57,280 nt of DNA from Candidatus Calescibacterium sp. (GCA_032249135.1 JAVVGL010000014.1:1-57280), one strand, 5' to 3'; numbered from the stretch's first letter, positions 10,195 through 19,947 are shown. Notes: generated from the letters alone by a model not told the origin. Numbers and translations are program-made.

Positions 10195-10724
10195 AAATAA
10201 AAAACCCACAAGAAAAAATAGAAAGCACAGCAGAAATAGAAATCAAAGACTTATCTGAATTTGGAATAACAGATAGGTTCTTTGATGAGATTACAAAAGT
10301 GTATATGAAGGCATACGAAGGTATGGAGGAATACGGGGAACCGACGGAAAAGCATGCAAGAAAGTATATAAGGTGGCTGATAAATCACTCAGATTTTTTC
10401 AAGATACTTTACGACAAAAAAACAGGTATAATAGGATTCATAGCTTGTAGCTCTGAATGGTGGTGGAACGGAAAAACAGGAGAAATTCATGAGATATGTA
10501 TAACTCCAGAATTTCAAAAAATGGGATTAGGAAAATTTCTTATAATGCAGGCTATTGAATATTTTAAAATCAAAGGTGTTAATAAGGTAGGATTATGGGT
10601 TGGAGCAAATAATGAAAAAGCCATAAGATTTTATAAATCTTTAGGTTTTCATTTCACAGGAGAAAGCTTTCCAAGATGGATGAGGATGGAAAAAGAAATA
10701 AGTGGTGCGCCTGGCGGGACTTGA
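10170..10724 (+). CDS. GNAT family N-acetyltransferase
   Basis: motif A PEFQKMGLGK, motif B NEKAIRFYKSLGF. Confidence 0.9.
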   Translation: MGTIFDEIKIKNPQEKIESTAEIEIKDLSEFGITDRFFDEITKVYMKAYEGMEEYGEPTEKHARKYIRWLINHSDFFKILYDKKTGIIGFIACSSEWWWNGKTGEIHEICITPEFQKMGLGKFLIMQAIEYFKIKGVNKVGLWVGANNEKAIRFYKSLGFHFTGESFPRWMRMEKEISGAPGGT

Positions 10725-10779
10725 ACCCGCAACCTTTGGATTCGAAGTCCAACGCTCTATCCTTTTGAGCTACAGGCGC
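10703..10779 (-). tRNA. tRNA-Arg(TCG)
   Basis: reverse complement GCGCCTG..TAGCTCAAAAGGATAGAGC..TTGGA-CT-TCG-AA-TCCAA..GGTTCAAGTCC..CAGGCGC-ACCA; encoded CCA. Confidence 0.96.
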
Positions 10780-10989
10780 AAACACTGAATCAAAATAAAA
10801 ATTAATCTTTTCATATAAAAACCCAGAATTTACATAAAATTACTACATAAAATCACTAAACATAATTTGTAAACCTGACCAATAGTCAAAAAAATTGCAA
10901 TAAACCAAAAGAGCTTTTCCAATAAATAAGCTTAAATCGTTAAATAAATAAAATAATTAAAAACTTCCTTTTTATTATTATCCCAATTT

Positions 10990-12147
10990 ATGAGTAGTGA
11001 AGATAATAATTTGAAAAGCTTTGCAAATAGTAATTATAGAAGATGGAGAGGGATAATTCACGAATACCATAATCTTATATCTGTTGAAGGGGAAAAGATA
11101 AATATAGAACCAGTTACTTTGCTGGAGGGAAACACACCGCTTATAGAATCCGTACATCTTGTAAAAGAGTTAAGAGAGATGGGATTTTCTGGGAAAATAT
11201 ATTTCAAGCATGAGGGATTAAATCCAACCTCATCTTTCAAAGATAGAGGAATGACCGTTGCAATAACGAGAGCAAAAGAAGTTGGGGCACGAGCAACAAT
11301 ATGTGCATCTACCGGAAACACATCAGCATCAGCAGCTGCTTACTCAGCAAGGGCTAATTTACCAGCATTCGTAGTTGTACCGGAAAAAAATGTAGCAACT
11401 GGGAAAATCGTTCAAGCAGTAGCATATGGAGCAAAAATTATCAGAATAAAAGGTAATTTTGATGATGCACTTTCACTTGTCAGAAAAATATCAGATGATT
11501 TCGGACTTTTCATAGTGAATTCAATAAATCCTTGGAGAATAGAAGGGCAAAAAACAGCCGCATTTGAAATATGTGATGTATTGGGATTTGCTCCAGATTA
11601 CCATTTCTTACCCGTAGGAAATGCAGGAAACATATATGCATATTGGTTAGGATATAAACAATACAAAGAACTCGGAAAGATAGATCAAATTCCGAGAATG
11701 TTTGGGTTCCAAGCTGAAGGAGCAGCTCCAATTGTAAGAGGACACCCAATAGAAAATCCAGAAACAATTGCATCCGCTATAAGAATCGGGAATCCTGCAA
11801 ACTGGAAAAAAGCAGAACTGGCAGTAAAAGAATCAGATGGTCTAATAGATATGGTAAGCGATGAAGAAATAATATCTGTATATAGGTTCATGGGAGAAAA
11901 GGAGGGAATATTTTGCGAACCTGCTCCATGCGCAGGAATAGCAGGACTTATAAAAATGGTCAAAAACAAAAAAATTAAAATGAAAGATCAAGTTATAGTC
12001 TGTACTATAACAGGTCATGGACTTAAAGACCCGGAAGCGGCTTTGAATTTTATGAAAACAAAGCAATTTTTTGTAGAACCGAAATTCAGCGAAATAAAGA
12101 AAATAATAGAGGAAGAAATTAAAAAATTTTCCTCCGATTATTCATAA
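10990..12147 (+). CDS. thrC: threonine synthase
   Basis: EGNTPL, NPTSSFKDRG (PLP Lys), CASTGNTSAS, PVGNAGN, TGHGLKD. Confidence 0.95.
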   Translation: MSSEDNNLKSFANSNYRRWRGIIHEYHNLISVEGEKINIEPVTLLEGNTPLIESVHLVKELREMGFSGKIYFKHEGLNPTSSFKDRGMTVAITRAKEVGARATICASTGNTSASAAAYSARANLPAFVVVPEKNVATGKIVQAVAYGAKIIRIKGNFDDALSLVRKISDDFGLFIVNSINPWRIEGQKTAAFEICDVLGFAPDYHFLPVGNAGNIYAYWLGYKQYKELGKIDQIPRMFGFQAEGAAPIVRGHPIENPETIASAIRIGNPANWKKAELAVKESDGLIDMVSDEEIISVYRFMGEKEGIFCEPAPCAGIAGLIKMVKNKKIKMKDQVIVCTITGHGLKDPEAALNFMKTKQFFVEPKFSEIKKIIEEEIKKFSSDYS

Positions 12148-12177
12148 AATTTTCAGAATTCCAATTTTCACAATCTT

Positions 12178-12690
12178 TCATTTACTGTTTTTTTGTTCCT
12201 CAATAATCGCCTCGCTCAAGTAATTTTTTATTTTCATCATAGAAGAGTTTATATCTTCAACTATGATTTTTACATCGCTACAGATTGGCATAAAATTTGT
12301 GTCTCCTACCCATCTCGGGACGACATGGATGTGGATGTGATCTTCAAGACCGGCTCCCGCAGCACGCCCCATATTTATTCCTATGTTAAAGCCATGAGGT
12401 TTTATAGCTTTTCTCAAAGCTCTGATTGAAACTTCTAAAAGTTCTAAAAGTTCCATCTTTTCATCAGGCGGTATATCTTCAAGCTCTGCAACATGCCTTT
12501 TTGGACAAACCATAATATGTCCAGAATTATAAGGATATTTATTCATTATCACAAATGCACTTTTACCCTTATATACCACAAGGCTGTCGCCCTTCTCCCA
12601 CGCTCTGCAAAGAAAACATTCTTCCTTTTCTCCCGATTTTGCCTTCTCTATATACTCAATTCTCCACGGAGCCCATATTATTTTCCTCAT
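12178..12690 (-). CDS. HIT family hydrolase (Ap4A phosphorylase-like)
   Basis: WAPWR, NKYPYNSGH, HIHIHVVPRW triad; ATG at 12690 preferred. Confidence 0.92.
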   Translation of the reverse strand: MRKIIWAPWRIEYIEKAKSGEKEECFLCRAWEKGDSLVVYKGKSAFVIMNKYPYNSGHIMVCPKRHVAELEDIPPDEKMELLELLEVSIRALRKAIKPHGFNIGINMGRAAGAGLEDHIHIHVVPRWVGDTNFMPICSDVKIIVEDINSSMMKIKNYLSEAIIEEQKNSK

Positions 12691-12830
12691 AATCCACAAA
12701 AAGATTTAATGTGAAAGAAAAAAATCAGGTTTTTATCAAACCAAGTTCCCTAATGTATCTTGCAAAAAATTTTTCTCTGACATTTTAATGAAACTCCAAC
12801 AAAATTTTGAAGATAGGAAAAAATTTCCTA

Positions 12831-12846
12831 TGGAACGTTTTTCGCT
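12831..12846 (+). promoter_or_regulatory. putative sigma-54 (-24/-12) promoter of flgB
   Basis: TGGAACGTTTTTCGCT with exact GG-N10-GC spacing upstream of a flagellar rod gene. Confidence 0.6.
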
Positions 12847-12857
12847 TCAAAATTTTG

Positions 12858-13292
12858 ATGGAAAATTTAGAAAAAGATACAAGACTTTTTGGAAAAGATT
12901 TCGTCTTTTACAAAAATGCCCTTGATTTGCTTTTCCAAAGACACCTTATTATAACCTCAAATATTGCAAATCAAAATACACCAGGATATAAAGCAAAAGA
13001 TTTGAGCTTTGAACCATATCTCAAATCAATAATTGAAGAAGATAAGGTAAGGGGGAGAAAAATTGAGCTTGCAAGAACGCATCCTACCCACCTCCCCTCC
13101 CCCTACCCACCCCCTCCCAAACCAACAGTTTTTTACGAAACAACCGCATTCGGACCCGACAGAAACTCTGTTGATATAGATAATGAGATGATAAAACTTT
13201 CAGAAAATGCCCTGAGATATAGAGCAACAACGCAGTTTGTATCTTCAAAATTTGAGGAAATCAAAAGCACGCTTGAAAGAATGAGACCATAA
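12858..13292 (+). CDS. flgB: flagellar basal body rod protein FlgB
   Basis: NIANQNTPGYKAKD, T-HPTH, DRNSVDIDNEM; ATG 12858 preferred over TTG 12807. Confidence 0.93.
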   Translation: MENLEKDTRLFGKDFVFYKNALDLLFQRHLIITSNIANQNTPGYKAKDLSFEPYLKSIIEEDKVRGRKIELARTHPTHLPSPYPPPPKPTVFYETTAFGPDRNSVDIDNEMIKLSENALRYRATTQFVSSKFEEIKSTLERMRP

Positions 13293-13305
13293 AATGAGAC
13301 CATAA
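13280..13305. repeat. 13-bp tandem duplication spanning the flgB stop codon
   Basis: AATGAGACCATAA x2. Confidence 0.9.
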
Positions 13306-13343
13306 CTATAATTGAGAAATTTTAAGGGCAATAGTTATTTAAA

Positions 13344-14555
13344 CTACACAACCACAACTCTTGTTTTTGTAAGAATATCTTGACCTGATTTTCCCAGAAA
13401 AATCATAGGTAAAATTATACCAATACCTAAAAATATGGTGAATGCAACAGATAATAAAGCCCTTAAAAAAGCGGTGAGAAAATCAAGGTTATCACCATTC
13501 ATCTTTTCAACCTTCAAGGAGCACAAAAAATCTCCCGGTGTTCTGCCCTTTGCAAAATACCAAAAGAGTGCAAGATAAAGAATGAAGAAAAAAACTTGCG
13601 ATCCACCAATTTGTATGTAAGATATTGAGATTTCTTTCCCAAAAAACATAAGTTTAACTCTCCCGGGTTCAGCCTCTATTTTACCTTTTGGTATATGAAC
13701 TTCCAACTTTCCCCCTCCGCCTTCTATACCTACAACAGGACTTTTCAGCTCTACAACTTTCCTTTTTTCTCCTTTTTCCTTTTCTTTTTTTTGAGTTTCT
13801 GATAATTTTTCTTCTTTTTGTTCTTGTTGAGTTTGTTCTTGAGATCGCCTTGTTTCTTCACCTTGACCCTCTACAAGTGAAAAATCTAAATTCTTTCCCC
13901 ATATAGAGTATGAGATTTTGGGTAAAAGTTTTGCAATAGCCAAACTTGAAAGTACTCCAAAAGTGCTTGAAAAAATAAGTACATCAATATAAAACGAAAT
14001 GGCTCTGAGCCACCATGGAGCTTCCTTTATAAAAAATTTCACATCATATGTTTCCTGAAACTTTATTTGAGATTTTGGAAAAAAGAAAAATCTTACAGGA
14101 TGAGAAACTCCTTTGACTGAAAGTTTTGGAGATTCAGCAAAATCTTCCTTTTGAGTTATAATATGGAAAAGAGACTCGGATACACCAAATATTCCACCCG
14201 GTATAAACCCTAAAAGTCTGAAAGCAAAATTTACATGAAAACCAAAGACATCTTTTTTCTCTTTATCTATTATGAAATCTCCAATATGTGCAAATGCTCT
14301 TATCTTGAGCCCCTTCAAATTATTTTGAACTATTTCCTTTCCAGCTTTAATAGAGTTTTCTGCACTATCAAAAATCATCAAAGCTCCATCACCCAAAATC
14401 TTTATAACCTCACCCGAAAATCTTCCCGCTATTTCATTTACAAACTTTTCAAAACTATCTATAAGATCTTTTAGCTCATCTTGGCTGTGAGTTTCTGAAA
14501 ATTTTGTGAATCCCTCCAAATCAACAACCATCAAAACTTTTATCTGCGAGGGCAT
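13344..14555 (-). CDS. class III adenylate/guanylate cyclase domain fused to RDD membrane domain
   Basis: VDLEGFT, KILGDG, HIGD, DVFGFHVNFAFRL; RDD motifs LRAISFYID, GRTPG, AFLR, QDILTKTRVV; start MPSQ at 14555. Confidence 0.8.
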   Translation of the reverse strand: MPSQIKVLMVVDLEGFTKFSETHSQDELKDLIDSFEKFVNEIAGRFSGEVIKILGDGALMIFDSAENSIKAGKEIVQNNLKGLKIRAFAHIGDFIIDKEKKDVFGFHVNFAFRLLGFIPGGIFGVSESLFHIITQKEDFAESPKLSVKGVSHPVRFFFFPKSQIKFQETYDVKFFIKEAPWWLRAISFYIDVLIFSSTFGVLSSLAIAKLLPKISYSIWGKNLDFSLVEGQGEETRRSQEQTQQEQKEEKLSETQKKEKEKGEKRKVVELKSPVVGIEGGGGKLEVHIPKGKIEAEPGRVKLMFFGKEISISYIQIGGSQVFFFILYLALFWYFAKGRTPGDFLCSLKVEKMNGDNLDFLTAFLRALLSVAFTIFLGIGIILPMIFLGKSGQDILTKTRVVVV

Positions 14556-14637
14556 AAATAAAACAGAAAAAAAGAAAATATAAAAAAACAATAAAAAAAT
14601 GTAAAGAAAGGTAAAATCAATTTCAAAAACTCAAAAC

Positions 14638-15282
14638 TTAAACCACCCTGAACCCCAAAGGAGCTAGTTTTTCTTGGAAATCATTCTTTGATAAAAATCC
14701 TTCTGAAACAACTTTCACAACATAATTTTCAATAACTTCAATATAAGTCGGGAGCCTTGCGGGAGCGAAATTTTTAATTTGTATTACAACATCTACAAAA
14801 TCTACCAATTCAGGATTTGAAACAGGAACTCCATTCTTTATAGCTGGGAAGCAAAGAACAACTCCGCCCAATACCCTCAAGACATTTTTTATTTCAGCGT
14901 CAGGAAATTTAACTCCGATTTTTCTATTCTTCAAAACAAAATGAGGAAACTGGAAAGTAGGTTTCAAAAGTAAAACAGCATTCAAACCAGAATTTTTCAG
15001 AAGTTCAAAAATTACCTTATCATATTCAGTAGCAAAAACAAATCTTGGCAGAAATAGTTCTTCTGATAGCACAATATAAGGTGCTATGTTGTAGTTCCCA
15101 CCTGAAAATTCTTGCAGCAAATCAAAAGTTTCTTTTACTGCATTTTTTGAAAAAGGTAAAACCGCAACGACAAAACAAGATATGTCAGATAAAAGTATTT
15201 TTCCTCCGCCTTCAAAAATTTCTCTTAACTTTGATGCCTGACTCAAAACATCGCTTATACTACGGAAAAAAAGTTTTTCCAT
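14638..15282 (-). CDS. divergent Sua5/YrdC/TsaC-fold protein
   Basis: C-terminal half KIGVKFPD..LGG..VDVVI..PTYIEV..KVVSEG aligns by eye with YrdC family; catalytic motifs absent. Confidence 0.55.
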   Translation of the reverse strand: MEKLFFRSISDVLSQASKLREIFEGGGKILLSDISCFVVAVLPFSKNAVKETFDLLQEFSGGNYNIAPYIVLSEELFLPRFVFATEYDKVIFELLKNSGLNAVLLLKPTFQFPHFVLKNRKIGVKFPDAEIKNVLRVLGGVVLCFPAIKNGVPVSNPELVDFVDVVIQIKNFAPARLPTYIEVIENYVVKVVSEGFLSKNDFQEKLAPLGFRVV

Positions 15283-15306
15283 ATAAAGAAAATTTTAATT
15301 AAACTC

Positions 15307-15792
15307 TCAATTTTCAGGTGCTCCTCCCAGAATCCAATTTTTTATTGTATCTATTTCGCTTTGAGAAAGAGAGCCTCCCGGAGGCATTTTACTACCACAA
15401 GGCGGATTTGTTATTTTGAGGTAAATAAGACTTGAATTTGGATCTCCCTTGACTACATAGTTTAAGTTCTGGGTTCCCTGGCAGGATGACCCTCTGGCAG
15501 TTCCATTTACAACTTCATCATAGCTTGTTAAAGGAGCAAAACCAGCGGTACCTCCTTGCTTATGACAGCCTATACATTTCCCATCTAATATTGGTTTTAC
15601 ATCTTGATTATAAGTTGGAATAGTTTGTATTGGCTGTTGTTGTTGCTGTTGTTGTTGCTGTTGAGTCTGCCCCCCTCCTGCTGGTCCTTGAGCACAAGAC
15701 GAAAAGAAAAAAATAAGAATACAAGAGCTTAAAAAGAAAGAAAGAGCTGCCGAAATAAAAAATATTTTTCTACTCTTTTTTATACTTTTCAT
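15307..15792 (-). CDS. monoheme c-type cytochrome lipoprotein
   Basis: signal/lipobox FSSC, CIGCH heme motif, GDPNSSLIY, distal Met in KMPP, IKNWI..GA. Confidence 0.85.
   Translation of the reverse strand: MKSIKKSRKIFFISAALSFFLSSCILIFFFSSCAQGPAGGGQTQQQQQQQQQQPIQTIPTYNQDVKPILDGKCIGCHKQGGTAGFAPLTSYDEVVNGTARGSSCQGTQNLNYVVKGDPNSSLIYLKITNPPCGSKMPPGGSLSQSEIDTIKNWILGGAPEN
15634..15663 (-). repeat. CAA/CAG repeat encoding Q10
   Basis: 10 consecutive Gln codons with 12-bp periodicity. Confidence 0.9.
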
Positions 15793-15840
15793 AGCAAGAT
15801 AAATTTAATCATCAAAAAAAAAGCGCAAAAAACAAAGAAA

Positions 15841-16287
15841 TTATTTTTTCATCTCAATTAGTTCAACCTTTCCTCCTTGCGATTCAATTTTATTTTTGGC
15901 AGAAGAAGACACGGCGTGAACTTTTAGTGTAATTGGTCTTGAAATTTCACCTTCACCAAGAACTTTTACAGGTTTTCTTAAGGAATCAATCAAACCTTTC
16001 TCGTAAAGGAGTTCCGGAGTTATTTCGTTTTCTTCAATTTTAGCTAAATCTTTCAAGTTGATAATTTGATATTCAGTAGGAAATTTTGATCTAAAACCTC
16101 TTTTAGGTATTCTTCTTATAAAAGGTGTTTGACCTCCTTCAAACCAAGGTGGGGGAAGAGTTCCTCTCTGTCCTTGACCTTTATGTCCTCTTCCGGATGT
16201 TTTTCCGTGAGTTCCGTATCCTCTCCCAACTCTCTTTTTTCTATGGGTTGCTTTGTAAGGGGGTCTCAAATTGCTCAAAATACTCAT
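15841..16287 (-). CDS. rplO: 50S ribosomal protein L15
   Basis: RVGRG, GKTSGRGHKGQ, FEGGQTP..RRIPKRGF, VKVLGEG. Confidence 0.97.
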   Translation of the reverse strand: MSILSNLRPPYKATHRKKRVGRGYGTHGKTSGRGHKGQGQRGTLPPPWFEGGQTPFIRRIPKRGFRSKFPTEYQIINLKDLAKIEENEITPELLYEKGLIDSLRKPVKVLGEGEISRPITLKVHAVSSSAKNKIESQGGKVELIEMKK

Positions 16288-16444
16288 AATTTTTCAAAAA
16301 TATGAAAATAAAAAAAATTTGGGTTTTTTCCTGTTATTTTCATCCAAAGTTTTCCCTCTCTGGTAAAAAAACAAAAAATTGCTTAAAAAGAAACAAATCT
16401 GAAAATAAGAAAATTACTTCATAAATTGATTAAAATCATAAGAA

Positions 16445-18406
16445 ATGATGGAAGAAGATCCGGCAGGTGGAATAAGAAAAAGGGTTCAAAAAATAACGGT
16501 AAAGTTTGCAGGAGATTCAGGAGATGGGATTCAGCTTATTGGTTCCCAATTCACATTAGCAACAGCAATATATGGAAATGATTTTGCTATTTTTCCTGAG
16601 TTCCCAGCCGAAATAAGAGCACCAGCAGGAACAACTTACGGAGTTTCCGCGTTTCAAATACAATTTGGTTCAATTGATATATTAACTCCCGGAGATGAAC
16701 CAGATGCACTCGTTGCATTCAATCCAGCAGCTCTAAAAGTGAATCTTCCCTATCTGAAACCCGGAACCCTCGTTATAATAAACATAGACGAATTTGATGA
16801 GATAAACTACAAAAAAGCAAACTGGGAAAGCATACTAAAAGGCGAAGAAACATTAGATGAAATACTTTCAAAATTTGAAGTAATAAAAGTGGAATTTAAT
16901 AAACTCACACTTGAAGCTCTGAAAGAAATAGAAATTCCCCACAAAGATAAAATAAGAACAAGAAACTTTTTCGCTCTTGGTCTGGTATCGTGGATCTTTA
17001 TGCGCCCACTTGAACCAATAATAAAGTTCATAAGAGAAAACTTCGGGAAAAAACCAGAAATAGCAAAAGCAAATGAAATTTCACTAAAAGCGGGATACAA
17101 CTATGGAGAAACACTTGAAATAAAACACAAATTCCCAAGAATAGAAGTTCAAAAATATACATTTGAACCGGGAAAATATAGATATATCTCCGGAAACGAA
17201 GCGTTCGCATACGGAATTTTAGCAATAAAAGAAAAAACAGGAATCCCAGTGGTTTTTGCTTCTTACCCAATAACACCCGCAAGTGATATACTACACTACC
17301 TTGAAGCTTTCAGGAATTTCGGAATAATCGCATTGCAGATGGAGGATGAAATAGCAGCTGTGAATACAGCAATAGGTGCATCATTCGCAGGTGGATTAGG
17401 AATAACGGCAACATCCGGACCTGGTCTCTCTTTGAAATCAGAAGGAATAAACCTTGCTGTCATGACAGAACTTCCTCTGATAGTTATAGATAACCAAAGG
17501 TCTGGTCCATCAACTGGTATGCCAACAAAAACAGAACAAACAGATTTGCTCTTTGCTCTGTATGGAAGACACGGGGAATCACCAATTATAGTTATAGCAC
17601 CGCAAAGTCCAGGTGATTGCTTCTGGGCGGTATTTGAAGCAGCAAAATTTGCAATAAAATATATGACCCCCGTAATAGTTCTGTCTGATCTATACATAGC
17701 TATGGGTTCTGAACCTTGGAAAATCCCTGATATAGATAGTATTCCAGAAATAAAAGTTGATTTTTGGGAAAAACCTAACGGTTTTTACCCTTACGCAAGA
17801 GATGAAGTAACATTAGCAAGACCTTGGGCAAAACCCGGAACCCCCGGACTTGAACATAGAATCGGAGGACTTGAAAAATCACACATATATGGTAAAGTAT
17901 CTTATGACCCACAAAACCATGACTTTATGGTAAAGTTGAGAGCAGAAAAAATAAGAAGAGCACAAGCAGATATCCCTGATATACAAGTCTACGGTCCAGA
18001 TGACGCAGAACTTTTAGTTTTAGGATGGGGAAGCACATTCGGACATATAAGAGCTGTTGTAAATAGAGCAATTGAAAAAGGATGGCCAGTCGCTCAAGCT
18101 CATCTGAGATACATAAATCCATTCCCAAAAAATCTACACGATGTCCTAAAAAGGTTCAAAAGAATTTTAATCCCAGAACTTAACTTGGGGCAGCTTCTTT
18201 TACTCATAAAAGGAAAATTTGGAGTAGATGCAGTTGGATTCAACAAAGTAACAGGAACTCCCTTCAAAGAATCAGAACTGATGAAAGCAGTTGAAAAAGA
18301 GCTAATAAACATGGAAAAAGAAGGGAAATTGTCAAAACATATAGAAGTCTACGAAGGAAAATTTATAGAAAAAAGAGAGGAGGTAACAAAAAGTGCAGCA
18401 GGTTGA
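16445..18406 (+). CDS. korA: 2-oxoacid:acceptor oxidoreductase subunit alpha (gamma-alpha fusion)
   Basis: FAGDSGDG, PAEIRAPAGT, YPITPAS, EDEIAA, TSGPG, GPSTGMPTK. Confidence 0.92.
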   Translation: MMEEDPAGGIRKRVQKITVKFAGDSGDGIQLIGSQFTLATAIYGNDFAIFPEFPAEIRAPAGTTYGVSAFQIQFGSIDILTPGDEPDALVAFNPAALKVNLPYLKPGTLVIINIDEFDEINYKKANWESILKGEETLDEILSKFEVIKVEFNKLTLEALKEIEIPHKDKIRTRNFFALGLVSWIFMRPLEPIIKFIRENFGKKPEIAKANEISLKAGYNYGETLEIKHKFPRIEVQKYTFEPGKYRYISGNEAFAYGILAIKEKTGIPVVFASYPITPASDILHYLEAFRNFGIIALQMEDEIAAVNTAIGASFAGGLGITATSGPGLSLKSEGINLAVMTELPLIVIDNQRSGPSTGMPTKTEQTDLLFALYGRHGESPIIVIAPQSPGDCFWAVFEAAKFAIKYMTPVIVLSDLYIAMGSEPWKIPDIDSIPEIKVDFWEKPNGFYPYARDEVTLARPWAKPGTPGLEHRIGGLEKSHIYGKVSYDPQNHDFMVKLRAEKIRRAQADIPDIQVYGPDDAELLVLGWGSTFGHIRAVVNRAIEKGWPVAQAHLRYINPFPKNLHDVLKRFKRILIPELNLGQLLLLIKGKFGVDAVGFNKVTGTPFKESELMKAVEKELINMEKEGKLSKHIEVYEGKFIEKREEVTKSAAG

Positions 18407-19433
18407 ACAAAAAGTAGAAATAAAAATAACACCAAAGGACTTTGACTCTGGTGAGGAACCAAGATGGTGTCCTGGATGTGGAGATTATGCAATCCTAAAT
18501 GCTGTAAGGTCTGCATTTGCTGAAATTTCAAAAGAGCTCGGAATACCGAAAGAGAACTTTGTAATAGTTTCAGGAATAGGATGCTCTTCTCGTTTCCCAT
18601 ACTACATGAATACTTATGGATTGCACGGAATACACGGAAGAGCTACTGCAATAGCAACAGGAGTTAAAGTTGCAAATCCTAACCTTTCTGTTTGGGTTGT
18701 AACTGGTGATGGAGATGGTCTCGCAATAGGTGGAAATCATCTCATGCATCTTATGAGAAGAAATCTTGATATAAAAATTTTGCTTTTTGATAACAGAATA
18801 TATGGTCTCACAAAAGGACAATATTCTCCAACAAGTGTTCCCGGGCAGATAACAAAAAGTTCTCCTTATGGCGTTATAGAAAGACCAGTGGATCCAGTTT
18901 TACTTGCTTTGTCGCAGAGAGCAACATTTATAGCAAAAGCAATAGATAAAGATATAAAGCGACTTACTGAAATCCTCATAGAAGCTGCGAAACACAAAGG
19001 AACAGCATTCATACAAATATACCAAAATTGTGTTGTGTTCAACGATAAGGCATTTGAAGACTTTGCAGGAAAAGAAGTAAGAAGTGAAAGAGCAATTGAA
19101 GTAAAACACGGACAACCTCTAATTTTCGGGAAAAACCTTGATAAAGGAATAATAATAGAAAATGGAAAACCAAAAGTAGTTAAAATAGGAGAGAACGGTA
19201 TAACAAAAGACAAAATAACAGTATACGATGAAACAGATTTTTATATGAATTTTGTGATAGCAAATATGCACTACCCCGAATTTCCTGAACCGCTTGGAAT
19301 AATAAGAAGAGTAAGAGAGCCAACATTTGAAGAATTACTCTTTGACCAAATTGAAAAAGCTAAAAAACTAAAAGGAGAAGGTAACCTGAAAAAACTTTTA
19401 GAGAAAAATTCCTGGGAAGTTCTTCCCTCATAG
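18393..19433 (+). CDS. korB: 2-oxoacid:ferredoxin oxidoreductase subunit beta
   Basis: WCPGCGD, SGIGCSSR, TPP motif GDGD...N, YGLTKGQYSPT; GAGGAGG RBS before GTG. Confidence 0.92.
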   Translation: MQQVEQKVEIKITPKDFDSGEEPRWCPGCGDYAILNAVRSAFAEISKELGIPKENFVIVSGIGCSSRFPYYMNTYGLHGIHGRATAIATGVKVANPNLSVWVVTGDGDGLAIGGNHLMHLMRRNLDIKILLFDNRIYGLTKGQYSPTSVPGQITKSSPYGVIERPVDPVLLALSQRATFIAKAIDKDIKRLTEILIEAAKHKGTAFIQIYQNCVVFNDKAFEDFAGKEVRSERAIEVKHGQPLIFGKNLDKGIIIENGKPKVVKIGENGITKDKITVYDETDFYMNFVIANMHYPEFPEPLGIIRRVREPTFEELLFDQIEKAKKLKGEGNLKKLLEKNSWEVLPS

Positions 19434-19536
19434 AATTAAATAATCTCAACTCATATTATCAGATAATCCCAAACAAATCAATTCAAATTTTTGAATTTTT
19501 GTAAAATCCAATAGAACAAAACTAAAAGATGTATAT

Positions 19537-19947
19537 ATGAAAGGGAGAATTTTGGTAGCTAAAATAGGACTTGATGGTCACGATAGAGGTGCAAAAGTCG
19601 TAGCGAGAGCACTAAAAGAAGCAGGCTTTGAAGTTATATACACAGGATTACATAAAACTCCAAAAGAGGTAGCAGATATAGCTCTTGAAGAAGATGTGGA
19701 CCTTATAGGCATATCTATTCTATCAGGAGCGCACAATGCGCTCATTCCTAAACTTGTAGAGGAGCTAAAACAAAGGAAAATAGAAGATAAACCAATAGTG
19801 GTCGGAGGAATAATTCCAGATGAAGATTTTGATGCTCTAAAATCCTGGGGAGTTAAAGCAATTTTTATCCCTGGAACTCCCCTCAAAGAAATAATAGAAA
19901 CAGTAGAAAAACTTGTAAAAGAGTATAGAAAAAATAAAGAACTATAA
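19537..19947 (+). CDS. cobalamin-binding subunit of acyl-CoA mutase (methylmalonyl-CoA mutase C-terminal domain)
   Basis: GLDGHDRG (DxHxxG), SILSGAH, VGGIIP. Confidence 0.93.
   Translation: MKGRILVAKIGLDGHDRGAKVVARALKEAGFEVIYTGLHKTPKEVADIALEEDVDLIGISILSGAHNALIPKLVEELKQRKIEDKPIVVGGIIPDEDFDALKSWGVKAIFIPGTPLKEIIETVEKLVKEYRKNKEL

Noticed and set aside
9245-10990. Integrative element or prophage at tRNA-Arg (also considered at tRNA-Ser)
   Set aside because: No integrase, no duplicated tRNA 3' end found by eye, and flanking genes are housekeeping.
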